Both the position numbers and the translations under genes were made by a program. Under the pieces are notes generated by a model that was not told the origin of the DNA, did not search any database, and was given only the letters and a program-made list of their open reading frames with translations. A stretch of 63,005 nucleotides of DNA, counting the filler, from Octopus bimaculoides (taxonomy: Eukaryota): the NCBI RefSeq assembly GCF_001194135.2. It is 5 parts of 5 records of this genome, joined end to end, with 100 filler letters (N's around TTAATTAATTAA, not from the genome) between each part and the next. Parts side by side here need not be neighbours in the genome. Positions count along the whole stretch, not along the records: positions 39,852 to 51,745 come from NC_068982.1; positions 51,846 to 60,794 come from NC_068986.1; 3 more parts are not named here. One strand, given 5' to 3'. Positions 40,688 through 54,416 of this stretch are shown here, in pieces; position 1 is the first letter of the stretch, and every line of letters begins with the position of its first letter.

Positions 40688-41070
40688 GCTCTCTCTCTCT
40701 CTCTTTATATATATATATATATATATATANNNNNNNNNNNNNNNNNNNNNNNNNNNNNNNNNNNNNNNNNNNNNNNNNNNNNNNNNNNNNNNNNNNNNNN
40801 NNNNNNNNNNNNNNNNNNNNNNNNNNNNNNNNNNNNNNNNNNNNNNNNNNNNNNNNNNNNNNNNNNNNNNNNNNNNNNNNNNNNNNNNNNNNNNNNNNNN
40901 NNNNNNNNNNNNNNNNNNNNNNNNNNNNNNNNNNNNNNNNNNNNNNNNNNNNNNNNNNNNNNNNNNNNNNNNNNNNNNNNNNNNNNNNNNNNNNNNNNNN
41001 NNNNNNNNNNNNNNNNNNNNNNNNNNNNNNNNNNNNNNNNNNNNNNNNNNNNNNNNNNNNNCACACACAC

Positions 41071-41102
<32 letters not shown>

Positions 41103-41862
41103 GAGTGTTTGTGCACATAAATAATATATATTTTCGTGCACTCACACAAATGTCTACGTATCTGGTAGGCATATCCCTATCTCGCAATCTTCTTCGGTGA
41201 ACCAGTTGAAGTGTAAAATATCATATTACTATTTATTTGTAGATAAGTATGTTAACCCTTTTCCCTGAATCCTTGTTTACAGAGATAACAGAAAGTGATG
41301 AATTATTGGGCACCATTCTGTTAGAAATATGTATGAGTCTTATAACTTATTTATAGTCATGCAGTTTTACTGTGATAATTAAATGTCAGGAATTTTAAAA
41401 TAGTTCTAAGAACGTTCTTGTATTAATACTTCGTCCAGTTCAATACTGCTTCAATTACAGTGAATAATATACTTTTATGACCAACTTTTCTAACATGAAA
41501 CAGGTAAAAAGAAAGAAAGGAATATAAGTGCCAAAAAGCAAAAGAAATAAAAGAACACAAATGTTTAGACGAGAGCGATGATGGGCAACAAGATCGTTGA
41601 CGAAAACCATGGCAACTGATATTGACGACTGGAATAACCATCACTACTGTGGCGGACACTACGACAGCGAAGAGAATGTCTGCAACGATGACGATGACAA
41701 CGGCCACGGTGACAACGTCGGTGGTGTCAGCGGTTGCCAGCACGACGACGATGGTAATGTTTACAATGGTGATTGTGATAATGGTGACGTTGATGATGCT
41801 GATTATGTTGATCCAATAAAGCGGGAAGCTGGCAGAATCGTTAACACTTCAGGCGAAATGCT

Positions 41863-42584
41863 GGATCTATTTTAAAACGGGGACGCCAGTTTTCATTTAT
41901 GTTTTATGTAGTGTTTTTGGTACCGAAAGACTTTCAAACTTCGTATACTTATCTATTTTGTGTTATAGAACAGAAAAATATTTTTGTATTCGAATTTATT
42001 TCATGTAAAAATTGTCTTATTTCGATAATTTCTACTAATCACTGACGTCTATTCAGTTGAAAACAGTTAGCGCTGTAGCGGTGTATTTCGTATTAATCCC
42101 CTAACCCTAACCCTAACCCTAACTAGACTGTTAACCGTAACCCTAACCCTAACCCTAACCCTAAAACTAACCCTAACTCTAGAATCCGAACTCTAAAATT
42201 GTTACACACATAGATACACACAGCGTAATTTATTNNNNNNNNNNNNNNNNNNNNNNNNNNNNNNNNNNNNNNNNNNNNNNNNNNNTATAAACAATATATG
42301 CGTATAAATTACGATTAAACCGGATGAAATATGTCACAGGGAATAACATTTTTATGACCGCCCAGCAGTAACTGTATTGAGTTGAATAGATGTCAGTGAT
42401 TGGTTGAAATTACAGAAATACGACAACTTTAACATGGAATAACTTGCGAATTCCTTTTTTTTGTTAAGAAGACTAAGAGTAAAAGATGTTTTATATGACA
42501 CATTCTACCAGTGTCCCAAGTTTCAAAGTGTTTCGTTAGTGTTTCGTTAAGAAAATACTGGCGCCCCCATTTTAAAATAGATCC
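41863..42584. mobile_element. Complete fold-back MITE, GGATCT termini, 8-bp TSD GAAATGCT, internal (CCCTAA)n; Merlin-like
   Basis: TIRs GGATCTATTTTAAAACGGGGACGCCAGT vs (rc) GGATCTATTTTAAAATGGGGGCGCCAGT; TSD at 41855-41862 and 42585-42592; internal inverted pair at about 41990-42068 / 42370-42452. Confidence 0.88.
42099..42178 (+). repeat. Interstitial telomere-type (CCCTAA)n tract inside the MITE
   Basis: About 10 perfect or near-perfect CCCTAA units in two blocks. Confidence 0.9.
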
Positions 42585-42834
42585 GAAATGCTTAGTATTT
42601 CGTTTGCTGCTAGGTTTTGAGTTCAAATTCCGCCGAAGTTGACTTTGCCTTTCGTCCTTTTAAGGTCAATAAATTAAGTACCAGTGAAACAGTAGGTTCC
42701 ATGTAATCGACTAGTTCCACCACCACCACCCCCCGCAAATTTCAGACCTTGTGCCGTTAGTAGAAAGGAATATGATGATCCAGTTATGGTGATGATTATG
42801 ATAATATAAATGATGTGCTGTTGATTAGATCGAT

Positions 42835-42899
<65 letters not shown>

Positions 42900-43574
42900 A
42901 ATTCAACAAGTTGCACACAGAATTCTAAATCACCTAGTATTCTGATATTTCAACAATTATCACATAAACTTGTTAGAGTGAATAGAGATATGCTAACTTT
43001 TTCAGCAAGAAAATTACAGCAAAGCTGCGTGATAGTGGCATGCAATCCTATAACTTGTTTGGCATTGCGTTTTTATTCTTCTTTTACGAATTCAGTGTGC
43101 ACATGCGCATTGCGTATTCATAGTTCTCTTTCAGGTTCCTACTCAAAACCGTTCATAGAACATAAACATCTCATGAACCTGCGTTCGTGAAGATGCTTGT
43201 GGAAAAAAAGATTTGTCCCTAATTCATAAAACGAATATGAAGTTTTTGGGGCTTAACAACCTTCTGAAACAATTATACAACCAATAAAACTTAGAGGATT
43301 AATAAGGGAAAGTTTGCAGCTTGCACATTGTATCATTCCATTATTGACACATTACATCTGAATAAAGGAAACTAAGTGGGGTGATGCGGAACCACATGGA
43401 ATGTATTTGTTCTTGATTAGGGTTTATCTGCTGTTAAACAAGAAGACACGTAATGCCTATCTAGTTTGATGACTCTTAAAATGATGAATTTTTTCGATGC
43501 GAATATAACTTACAGCCATAAACTCTGGATTTGTCTCAATCAGTTAAATAATTATCTTGTTATTACTGTTAGTA

Positions 43575-43787
43575 ATCCTTTCTACTATAGGAACAATGCT
43601 TGAAATTTGGTGTTCAGGGGTTAAGTCGATTCCACCGAACCCCAGTGTTTTACTGGTACTTGTTCTATCGACTCCGAAATAATGAACTGCACAGTCGGCC
43701 TTGGTGAATTTCAACTCAGAACATAATGTCGGGAAAATGCTGCTAACCATTTTGTCCTGTGTGCTAACGAATCCACCAGCCTGTCAC
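43575..43787 (-). mobile_element. SINE family A, diverged
   Basis: actggtacttgttctatcgactccgaaataatgaac..ggtgaatttcaactcagaac..tgctaacgaatccaccagc. Confidence 0.8.
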
Positions 43788-44627
43788 CTTATGTCAGTTT
43801 TGATAATAATCTGAATTAGTGCGAGATATACAAATGGGTTTTTGGAGAACACGTATTATTTACTATAAGGCCTGTTTCACTCCAATTTGATCCCGATAAT
43901 TACGTATTCATATTGAGCTAACTAAAATCCCTAAGGATTACCTTACTGTAACTCCATTCATCTATTTAAGTTGACAACATAATTCATTTCTCTTGCACAG
44001 CTCTTATTCGCTCGCCTTCTCTCTCTTCCTCTGTCTTTCTATGTCTATCTCTCTAACGCCTGATCTCAATTACTGTATTACTTCTACATCATCTTTGGCC
44101 TATAATATTAAGTCTGGCATTTTCCCGGTGCTAACAAAATTTCGGTGCACCCCCATTTCAATACGGATGTGAAAATTAACTTATCAGATAGGAAAAGATG
44201 GCTCTGTTATTCCCGTTCTGAAAAAGTATATTTGTAAAAGTCACTGCAGTTTCTTGATTAATGCGTAGTTCCATAAAGTGCCTTTAATTAATTTTTTTTA
44301 ATAGGACTTATGTAATAAAATACAAATTATTAATCTATCTCAAATAAATAAAATTACAAAAAATATGTTCTGCCAATTTTATAGTGATAATGTCATTTTT
44401 TGTATAAATATTTGTCTAATCTTGGTAATATGTAATCAAGATCATGTTAGGCTACTCAATCTTATATTTAATATATTTCGGTTGACGTTGCATAAAATCA
44501 TTTCAAAAGTATATTACTTCTTACAACCTTGGAATATGATAATATTATATCTATCTATCTATCTATCTATCTATCTCTCTCTCTCTATATATATATAGCT
44601 ATCAATCTATAAATGTTACTGAAGGAG

Positions 44628-44670
<43 letters not shown>

Positions 44671-45489
44671 TTATATGTATATATACACACATATATGCAC
44701 GCTTATATACTTATATATGTGTACTTGCATACATATTTACAGACATACATACATACATACATATATATTATATATATATATATATATANNNNNNNNNNNN
44801 NNNNNNNNNNNNNNNNNNNNNNNNNNNNNNNNNNNNNNNNNNNNNNNNNNNNNNNNNNNNNNNNNNNNNNNNNNNNNNNNNNNNNNNNNNNNNNNNNNNN
44901 NNNNNNNNNNNNNNNNNNNNNNNNNNNNNNNNNNNNNNNNNNNNNNNNNNNNNNNNNNNNNNNNNNNNNNNNNNNNNNNNNNNNNNNNNNNNNNNNNNNN
45001 NNNNNNNNNNNNNNNNNNNNNNNNNNNNNNNNNNNNNNNNNNNNNNNNNNNNNNNNNNNNNNNNNNNNNNNNNNNNNNNNNNNNNNNNNNNNNNNNNNNN
45101 NNNNNNNNNNNNNNNNNNNNNNNNNNNNNNNNNNNNNNNNNNNNNNNNNNNNNNNNNNNNNNNNNNNNNNNNNNNNNNNNNNNNNNNNNNNNNNNNNNNN
45201 NNNNNNNNNNNNNNNNNNNNNNNNNNNNNNNNNNNNNNNNNNNNNNNNNNNNNNNNNNNNNNNNNNNNNNNNNNNNNNNNNNNNNNNNNNNNNNNNNNNN
45301 NNNNNNNNNNNNNNNNNNNNNNNNNNNNNNNNNNNNNNNNNNNNNNNNNNNNNNNNNCATGTTTTACCTGTGAATTTGAGTGTGTAAACTGGGAATGCAT
45401 ACAACGAGTTTCTCTGCCCTTGGTGTACGGAAAACACTCGGTGAGAAATGGAAGAAAATTTGAAGAAAGAAGAAAATAACAACAACAAC

Positions 45490-45565
<76 letters not shown>

Positions 45566-46057
45566 GGGTACAAACATACAGCGGAAATGGTAATGGACGA
45601 AAAAGAGATTAAGAAATTCGATCACACTACCCGAAAGACAATGACAATGCTTGGTACCCTACACCCGAAGGAAAATGTACGCAGGCTGTACATGAAGTGG
45701 GGGTGAAGGTGGACTTGGATTGATTAGCGTACGAGAATGTATCAGCATTGAAAGAAGAAACATGGAAGACTATTTGTTAAACAGCAAATAACAACTGCTA
45801 CAGTACGTTTCTAGTGCAGAAGGAATTAACAAAAATGGATTTGAGCGTGCCCATGAATTTCTATCAAGAACAGCCAATGAGAGAGAAGAAACTCTACTCC
45901 GTATGGAATTACATGGTGAATTCCACCGTGAAACCAACAAATTAAATGACCAGGAAGCATTATGGAGATGGCTTATCAAGGGTGACCGAAAAAGGTATAC
46001 CGAAAGCCCAATCACCGCTGCCAAGGACCAGGCATTGAATGTCAACTCAGTGAAAAA
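45566..46057 (+). mobile_element. R4/Dong-like non-LTR retrotransposon fragment (RT thumb and linker)
   Basis: DEKEIKKFDHTTRKTMTMLGTLHPKENVRRLYMK, frameshift, GEGGLGLISVREC..MELHGEFHRE..LWRWLIKGDRKRYTESPITAAKDQALNVNSVKKNI, matching LHPKSDVDRLY.PRKEGGRGL and ETESLI.AAQDQAL motifs; starts directly after (TAA)n. Confidence 0.88.
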
Positions 46058-46066
46058 GAATATACA

Positions 46067-46103
<37 letters not shown>

Positions 46104-46104
46104 G

Positions 46105-46135
<31 letters not shown>

Positions 46136-46440
46136 CTTTCTCTCTCTGTTTCTCTCTTTCTCTCTCTCTCTCTATTCTCTCTCCCTTTATCTCTCTCTGC
46201 CTTTTTTTCAGTCTCACAATCCGAACATCACTCTTCTGCTACAATTATATTCTTAACTCTCCTCTATATCACTACCTGCAACTAACATTTTAACCACATA
46301 ATAAATATTACTTTCCCTCTACCACATGCCATAGATGCTTCGTCTTTTCTCTCTCCTTCTTTTCCTTTTTCTCTCTTTCTGCCTTACTCTTCACCACATC
46401 CTCTTTTCCTCTCTCCCTCTTTTTTCTCACTATTTTTCTC
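46057..46440. repeat. (CT)n-rich polypyrimidine tract
   Basis: Directly visible; separates two convergent R4-like fragments. Confidence 0.85.
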
Positions 46441-46559
46441 TAATCACGTGAAAGCGTTACCAACGGGCTAAGTAGCATAATGACAATCAGAATTATTGTA
46501 AGATTATTACAATTCATTAACATATTGATTTGTGCAGGAGATGCAGCAACTATCTGCAT

Positions 46560-47005
46560 GTTAGTTATTTCCCAAGGAAATGTATTATCTGGAAGATATT
46601 CCCTCGCAGTTAGCAATAATGTGGTTGATGTCTTCAGTCTTGGTCTTGTACAACCTACAGTTGTTGTCTGCCAATGCTTTGTGTCTTCTATGCTGTAGGT
46701 ACTTGGTAGAAATACCTCATGTTTGATTTGCATAAAGGTAGCCTTCTCAGAGAACTGGTTCGTTTTATATTTTGTTCTGATAAATATAGTTTACCATTTT
46801 TCATTGGCGAGAGATCTGTTCCAATTCTTATTTCATATATCGCTTCAAGTTCAATATCTATTATAATCACTTTGTTATTTCATGGTCACAAATTTAGGAA
46901 AGAGTTACTGGTCTCTATCTTCTGGTGCAGTCTTTGTTTCATCAGTACATAGTTGAGTCCACGGCCACCATCCTTGCATTAGAAGTATAGCCTGTCTAAG
47001 TTTAT
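46560..47005 (-). mobile_element. R4/Dong-like (RLE) LINE fragment, second subfamily, with decayed CCHC zinc knuckle
   Basis: Minus strand NLDRLYF*CKDGGRGLN (about 46952-47000), then EGYLYANQT*GISTKYLQHRRHK..NNCRLYKTKTEDINHIIANC (CRLY..ANC at 46606-46659), matching CRLC..E.I.HI...C. Confidence 0.75.
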
Positions 47006-47193
47006 GCTGAAATAGAAGTTTCTTGTAACAGTGAGCAGCTTGCGAATTCAAACCTAAATCTCATTGAGTTCCTGTGGTCACCAACAAGGTCTATGTATGT
47101 ATGCATGTATGTATGTATTTTATGTATGTATGTATGTATATATGTATGTATGTAGGTATTTATGTATATACGTATCTATGTATGTCTCTCTCC

Positions 47194-47235
<42 letters not shown>

Positions 47236-50200
47236 CAATTAATCTTATATCCTTTGTTTGGATATGGTTCGATCTTTCCAGAGGAATATTAAATTATATA
47301 CATAATCCTAATTTTTCTGAAGTGGATAATGTGAACAGTATGAGTTCTCCGATGGAAAGCTGATTTTGCTGTTGTGTATGTACGAATGTATATCTTCATG
47401 TATCAGTTATTGAGGTTCATATTTATATCACCTCTAAATCAGTAGTGTTGGGCGTATCCTTTCTTACCTTAGCTATTCGACAACACATGTGTCATACTGA
47501 AATATGTAATGAGGTCGATATGATAGAGTAAAAATTCTACAGCACAATAAGCGAAGGAAGGAAAATAAAACAATTTTGTGTGTAATTAAAATTAATACAT
47601 TGAGTATGCTCATTAATATATAAGAAATGCATCACATAAGTGAAAAAAGAAAATGATCGAATGTAACTTGTTTCAGGAAATAAATATAAGAAACGAGATG
47701 CTTCGTTGATTTCAAGGACGCACGAAATGTATTGTCAACGACCAATGTATTTTCCTTGCTCATAATGATATATAGAATCAATACCTTGGCCTTTAACACT
47801 GAAGTGAAGCTATATCCATTGTTACCGTGAATCGAAATCACAAAAATAATGGATGACATATTTTTATATGGAACGTATTCGCACACAAATCGTTTTATCG
47901 TTTTATATATGCATGCATATANNNNNNNNNNNNNNNNNNNNNNNNNNNNNNNNNNNNNNNNNNNNNNNNNNNNNNNNNNNNNNNNNNNNNNNNNNNNNNN
48001 NNNNNNNNNNNNNNNNNNNNNNNNNNNNNNNNNNNNNNNNNNNNNNNNNNNNNNNNNNNNNNNNNNNNNNNNNNNNNNNNNNNNNNNNNNNNNNNNNNNN
48101 NNNNNNNNNNNNNNNNNNNNNNNNNNNNNNNNNNNNNNNNNNNNNNNNNNNNNNNNNNNNNNNNNNNNNNNNNNNNNNNNNNNNNNNNNNNNNNNNTAGA
48201 TATAGACAATACAATAATGTATTTATATTACAATATTATGTTAAGAACTATGAATATAATACTTTACATAACATATATAACAAATAATTATAAAAAACAA
48301 AAAAGGCCAACGATTGTTTCGATTTATATATATTTTTTGTGTTTGTGTGTGCGTGTGTGTGCGTTTGTGTGTGTGTGTGTGTGTGTGTGTCTGTGTGTCT
48401 GTGTGTGTGTGTTTGTGTGTATGTATATATGCATATACTGGGAGCAAGAGAGAAAAAGGAGAAGAGGTAGGGAAAAAGAGAAAGCTAATATAAACCAAGC
48501 AGTAAGGACACTGGAAGTACAAAGAGTAACGAATGTGCTATTGACTTAACGCTTGAGAATTTCAAATGAGTAAGCAGTGTTGCTGCGTTTCGCAGTACGT
48601 CAGTCCTTCATGAAAAAGAATAGAGTAATATATGCAGAAAGAGGGGGGGGAATATTGAGTTTAGTCGAAGAAATAACAACGAAAAAAAAAAGGAGAAAAA
48701 AGCTATGGGAAAATGATACAGTGAGAATTTCGAGGGACAATACGCAAGCAGAGAATACTGTGGTGTAGGGTGAACGCGAAGAAAGAAATTGTGAGTTTAG
48801 CTGGAACTGAGTATAAGATGGAATAGTGGAGAGGCGTGTGCATTGGTAGCGTATGCATACACATGCGCGCNNNNNNNNNNNNNNNNNNNNNNNNNNNNNN
48901 NNNNNNNNNNNNNNNNNNNNNNNNNNNNNNNNNNNNNNNNNNNNNNNNNNNNNNNNNNNNNNNNNNNNNNNNNNNNNNNNNNNNNNNNNNNNNNNNNNNN
49001 NNNNNNNNNNNNNNNNNNNNNNNNNNNNNNNNNNNNNNNNNNNNNNNNNNNNNNNNNNNNNNNNNNNNNNNNNNNNNNNNNNNNNNNNNNNNNNNNNNNN
49101 NNNNNNNNNNNNNNNNNNNNNNNNNNNNNNNNNNNNNNNNNNNNNNNNNNNNNNNNNNNNNNNNNNNNNNNNNNNNNNNNNNNNNNNNNNNNNNNNNNNN
49201 NNNNNNNNNNNNNNNNNNNNNNNNNNNNNNNNNNNNNNNNNNNNNNNNNNNNNNNNNNNNNNNNNNNNNNNNNNNNNNNNNNNNNNNNNNNNNNNNNNNN
49301 NNNNNNNNNNNNNNNNNNNNNNNNNNNNNNNNNNNNNNNNNNNNNNNTGTGTGTGTGTGTGTGTGTGTGTGTGTTGTGTGTGTATGTATTTAGATGTGTA
49401 AATGTAAATTTATGAGTATTTGTTATTTGCGGTTTGAAAATTGTCTATGATAGTGTGACTGGTAGTTCGCTGCTGTGAAGGTGTATATACTAGGCATTGT
49501 GGGTATACGAGGTGTGTGACTAAAAGTGTAGAGAAAATATTGTAGAACAGCGTATTCAATGTGAACGCCCTGGATTTTTGTGATCATGTGCGTAAACGAA
49601 AGCATGTTCGTATGTAAAAGCATATTTTCATGCGTGAATATACATGAAAAGTGTGTCCAAGTGTGCAGAGGGGCGCGGATGTAGAATGTGGATTGCTGTG
49701 GTGTGCGTGCAGTTGATGTTCTGGTAGCTGGTGAAAAAGTAAAAGAAAAGAGGAGAGAGGTACCGGTGTATAATCCTGTATCGGGAGTTAGCAGTGGTGG
49801 TCACGGAGAAGTAATACCTGTGTGAACAGGTTGGGCTTTGAAACAAAGAACTTTTAAGTTTTTAGAAAGAAAGCAGGTTTCTGTTACCTTTGGAAGTTGT
49901 ACTGGAAGCCAGTATTCAAGGTAAAGAAAAAGACCTAGAGTTGTTTGGTCGCATGGTCGGTGGAAGGGGATTGTCGAGCGATAGGCGAAACCTCAAAGGA
50001 ATAGAGCAATATATAAAGTTGCGAGTGCTGGAAAAAGGAACGGGTTCCTAATGTGGCAAATACGTCGGTTGCATCCTATGACAGTTCTGGTGTTGCAAAG
50101 GAAGTGTGGTTCAGAGGAACTCGGCTTTATGGTGCTGCAAATTATGCTGGCGTGCTTAAAGGAGAGAAGCGGGAATTTTATGTGATTAACGGAAGGTAAA

Positions 50201-51542
50201 CATGTCTGGTGGGAAACGAAGGAAGTGAATGAATGTAGGTTTTCAAAAAGCAGAGACACAGAAAAAGTGAGGCAAGAAAGAGGGTGAGATAGAGAGAGAA
50301 GAAAAGTGGTAGGGTCAGAGATATGGAGCCAGTTCAATCATCAGTGTATCGGCTGTCTAGCCCTAGGTTTTGATCAGTGGATAGATGGTTGAGTTTGCGA
50401 GTCATTCTTTGCCAACGCTCACGAAATGACATGGTGACAGTTCTTATATACAAAGGACAAGTAATTAAAGATGCTAATGAGTTCGGCTACACCAATGACG
50501 GTGCTTGGATGCAGAATATTAAAGAAGCCGATCAAGTGACGGAGGACCGATAGTATGCAAAGCGACATCTATAGTAAACTGAACAAACAATGACCATGTT
50601 GGAAGCAGTTTGAGGTATAACACCCACTTACTATCGTGGATACTGAAGGGAAGACGGTGAAAAGTTTAGTGGGGAAATTACAGGCGGAACAGTGGCGGGG
50701 GNNNNNNNNNNNNNNNNNNNNNNNNNNNNNNNNNNNNNNNNNNNNNNNNNNNNNNNNNNNNNNNNNNNNNNNNNNNNNNNNNNNNNNNNNNNNNNNNNNN
50801 NNNNNNNNNGGGGGGGGGGGGGGCAAGAATGGTAGGATTTGTGAATATTCAATATTCAGAGAAAGTCGATGATCGAAGTGTAAAATGTGCAGCTTTTCAA
50901 CGTAGAATCTATGGGTAGCAAGATAATGCTGGAGGAAACAGGTTGTTGTTTGTTGGTCGGGGTTAGAGATAAAAAAAAAAAACGCTTAATAAGTTCCGGG
51001 TTTGTCTCAACACTTCAATCCTTTAATGTTCAGCGAACCATACAACACAGGGCATCCGATTGCCTGCCAGTTTCACAAAAATAAATACACACACACATGA
51101 ATACAGACTCACACACATAAGTTATTATTTAAATAAAGACAGAAGAGGTCAAATTGACCTTAAAATTGTTTCTGTAAACAGACAATGTTCTTATCTAATA
51201 TCTCATAGAATGCATAACATTTTATGAGATATGGAATAAAAATATTTTTAATTTACTGGACTAATTTTTGATGCAAATTTGACTTCACCTTCTCTGATTG
51301 AAATTATTACTTATATTATTCACTTTGCGAGGGTAATTTTAAGCCCCGTCGATCTTACTTTGGAGTTGCGTAATCTCATACGTGTCAATAGAAATCATAC
51401 GGATCTCCTTTCGATTTGGGAATACATCTCTAGCCAGGATCCAGCACAATGCGTTAACTAGCTGATAGCCAGGATCATTTTAATTCCCTTCCTTCTCCCT
51501 ATATATATGTATGAGTGGGCGCATGTGTATGCGAAGTGTGTG

Positions 51543-51605
<63 letters not shown>

Positions 51606-51745
51606 TATATATTCTTCTTCAAATTTTATTCACCAAATCTCTTGATTTTGCTTTTGGTTTTTACCCTACCAAATTCTGGTGCCTCAAACATTTTAAGTAC
51701 CACATTTAATCTTTTGATTAAATGTATATAATGTATATATATATA

Positions 51746-51845
51746 NNNNNNNNNNNNNNNNNNNNNNNNNNNNNNNNNNNNNNNNNNNNTTAATTAATTA
51801 ANNNNNNNNNNNNNNNNNNNNNNNNNNNNNNNNNNNNNNNNNNNN
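51746..51845. other. Artificial scaffold spacer
   Basis: 44 N + TTAATTAATTAA (51790-51801) + 44 N. Confidence 0.97.
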
Positions 51846-51868
51846 TATATACATATATATATATATAC

Positions 51869-51899
<31 letters not shown>

Positions 51900-52067
51900 C
51901 ACATATATAGATGCGTAGCATAACGAAGCTGGCATTGTTGTTGTCTCGAAGACTTTTATGACGAGATAACAGCGATAAACTTATGAGAAATTTGAACTTT
52001 TGAAGTTGATTGAAATTTTTTCACAGATTTTTCAGATTGATTATTCAGATCGATAGCCTATCAGCAG

Positions 52068-52101
<34 letters not shown>

Positions 52102-52212
52102 AGCAACAAAAATATTCACAACAACGACTCCTAATTTTAATACTGTTGCTCTCAATTGTTGCTATACTACTACAACAACTACTACTACTGCTACTGCTGC
52201 TACTATTACTAT

Positions 52213-52248
<36 letters not shown>

Positions 52249-53099
52249 AACTACTATGGTAACAATGTTATGTAATTTGACAATGGTTAGTTGCTATATA
52301 GATGACAGATACACATGCGCTGACGCACACAATGATTATATTTGCAGATATATAAATATATATATATATATANNNNNNNNNNNNNNNNNNNNNNNNNNNN
52401 NNNNNNNNNNNNNNNNNNNNNNNNNNNNNNNNNNNNNNNNNNNNNNNNNNNNNNNNNNNNNNNNNNNNNNNNNNNNNNNNNNNNNNNNNNNNNNNNNNNN
52501 NNNNNNNNNNNNNNNNNNNNNNNNNNNNNNNNNNNNNNNNNNNNNNNNNNNNNNNNNNNNNNNNNNNNNNNNNNNNNNNNNNNNNNNNNNNNNNNNNNNN
52601 NNNNNNNNNNNNNNNNNNNNNNNNNNNNNNNNNNNNNNNNNNNNNNNNNNNNNNNNNNNNNNNNNNNNNNNNNNNNNNNNNNNNNNNNNNNNNNNNNNNN
52701 NNNNNNNNNNNNNNNNNNNNNNNNNNNNNNNNNNNNNNNNNNNNNNNNNNNNNNNNNNNNNNNNNNNNNNNNNNNNNNNNNNNNNNNNNNNNNNNNNNNN
52801 NNNNNNNNNNNNNNNNNNNNNNNNNNNNNNNNNNNNNNNNNNNNNNNNNNNNNNNNNNNNNNNNNNNNNNNNNNNNNNNNNNNNNNNNNNNNNNNNNNNN
52901 NNNNNNNNNNNNNNNNNNNNNNNNNNNNNNNNNNNNNNNNNNNNNNNNNNNNNNNNNNNNNNNNNNNNNNNNNNNNNNNNNNNNNNNNNNNNNNNNNNNN
53001 NNNNNNNNNNNNNNNNNNNNNNNNNNNNNNNNNNNNNNNNNNNNNNNNNNNNNNNNNNNNNNNNNNNNNNNNNNNNNNNNNNNNNNNNNNNNNNNNNNN

Positions 53100-53130
<31 letters not shown>

Positions 53131-54416
53131 TAAATATAGTTACTTTGATGCTAGCATACACACGCTCAAATGTGTGTGTGTGTGTTCGTCTATATCTAAT
53201 TATATGTATTTAGATGAGTATGTATGTGTGTGTATATAAATGATTTGCCTTTTAAAGCAGGGACAGATGAATATGAGATAAGGTCGTACATGATAACAAT
53301 TATGACTCGTAGCTATTATCATTAGAACTTTAATGATAACAACATTATAATGATTAGAACAAAGGTCAAGATCTTGTTTTCTAGCTGCCGGGTGTACCAT
53401 GGTTCGCGCCTCCATTCCGTTAAATGTTTTATTGAAGTTAATTTAATATTACAATTTCTGTGCATCTGATGAACAATTATAATTCAAATGCATTTCTGGT
53501 TTAATCATTGATTTCAGAATCGTTCTAAGTCTGATTGAATAATGTTTCAACCAACATACTCCTTGCTTGGCCTGGTGATTAGGGTTGTGTGAAACACGAT
53601 CTTTAGGACTGAGTGGTGCATATGTGTCCGTGAGCAATGCACTTGATTTCACGTTGATCTTGTACATTAAGCTGAAAATTAGTGCAAAAAGAGATTAACG
53701 CTGCGGCTGACATGTATCTCTTTTTTCCATATGAATTCTATATTCCCAGCTTAAAGGGTTCGAAAATACGAATAATGTCTGGCCTCGTGATCTTGTAGGC
53801 TTTTGGCATACTTCATTTTTTGTCGACACTTTTCCTTGTGTAATTAGAACTGTTTCAAAATAGATCAGTTATCCTAAAAAAACACGCTCAGAAAAGCTTT
53901 AAATCATGTGCCTCTGTATGTGGCGGTTCCCATGGTGGTATGGAAACTTGCAGATGTTGGTGGATGCTGTGACTACTTCGGACTCTACGGAATCTGTATA
54001 TTGTGATATATTGTGATTTTCTCAAATCCTGACGCTTTCGAGTTTTGCAGTTCCTTAGTCCTTCTCTTTTGCTTATAAGAAAGAACAGATTATAGGAATC
54101 TAGATACAGCTCGGCTCTACGGTTTTTGTATGGCTTTCAGCAACTGGTTAGGAAGCAATTTCTCAAAAAGGCATTCACTGAGTGTTTGACTGTGGGTATT
54201 TTATTTGATATAGTCATTGTGATATGGTAGCATAGCATGGCTTTTTCTGTTTTCGCTGATACTTTTTATTGAATTTGCTTTATTTTATGGTTTGATTTGG
54301 TTTCAAATGTTTGTTTGCTTGCTTGTTTTTTCTTCTGTATTTATCAGTTGGATCTCTTCAGTTTCGCTCAGAGATTTTTTAATTATTTTTTTTTAACTAA
54401 TTATTTTTTTAACTAT

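Larger units (their letters stand above)
41822..42770 (+). mobile_element. SINE family A split by a MITE insertion
   Basis: 5' part gcgggaagctggcagaatcgttaacacttcaggcgaaatgct (to 41862) resumes at 42585 as gaaatgcttagtatttcg..gagttcaaattccgccgaagttgactttgcc. Confidence 0.9.

Noticed and set aside
47702-47730. CFVDFKDA resembling an RT motif (CFVDFKKAFD)
   Set aside because: Isolated 8-residue match; the flanks do not continue RT similarity.
49420-50700. Purine-rich block that might be a minus-strand CR1/L2 relic
   Set aside because: Only vague similarity; I could not recover any diagnostic RT or endonuclease motif.
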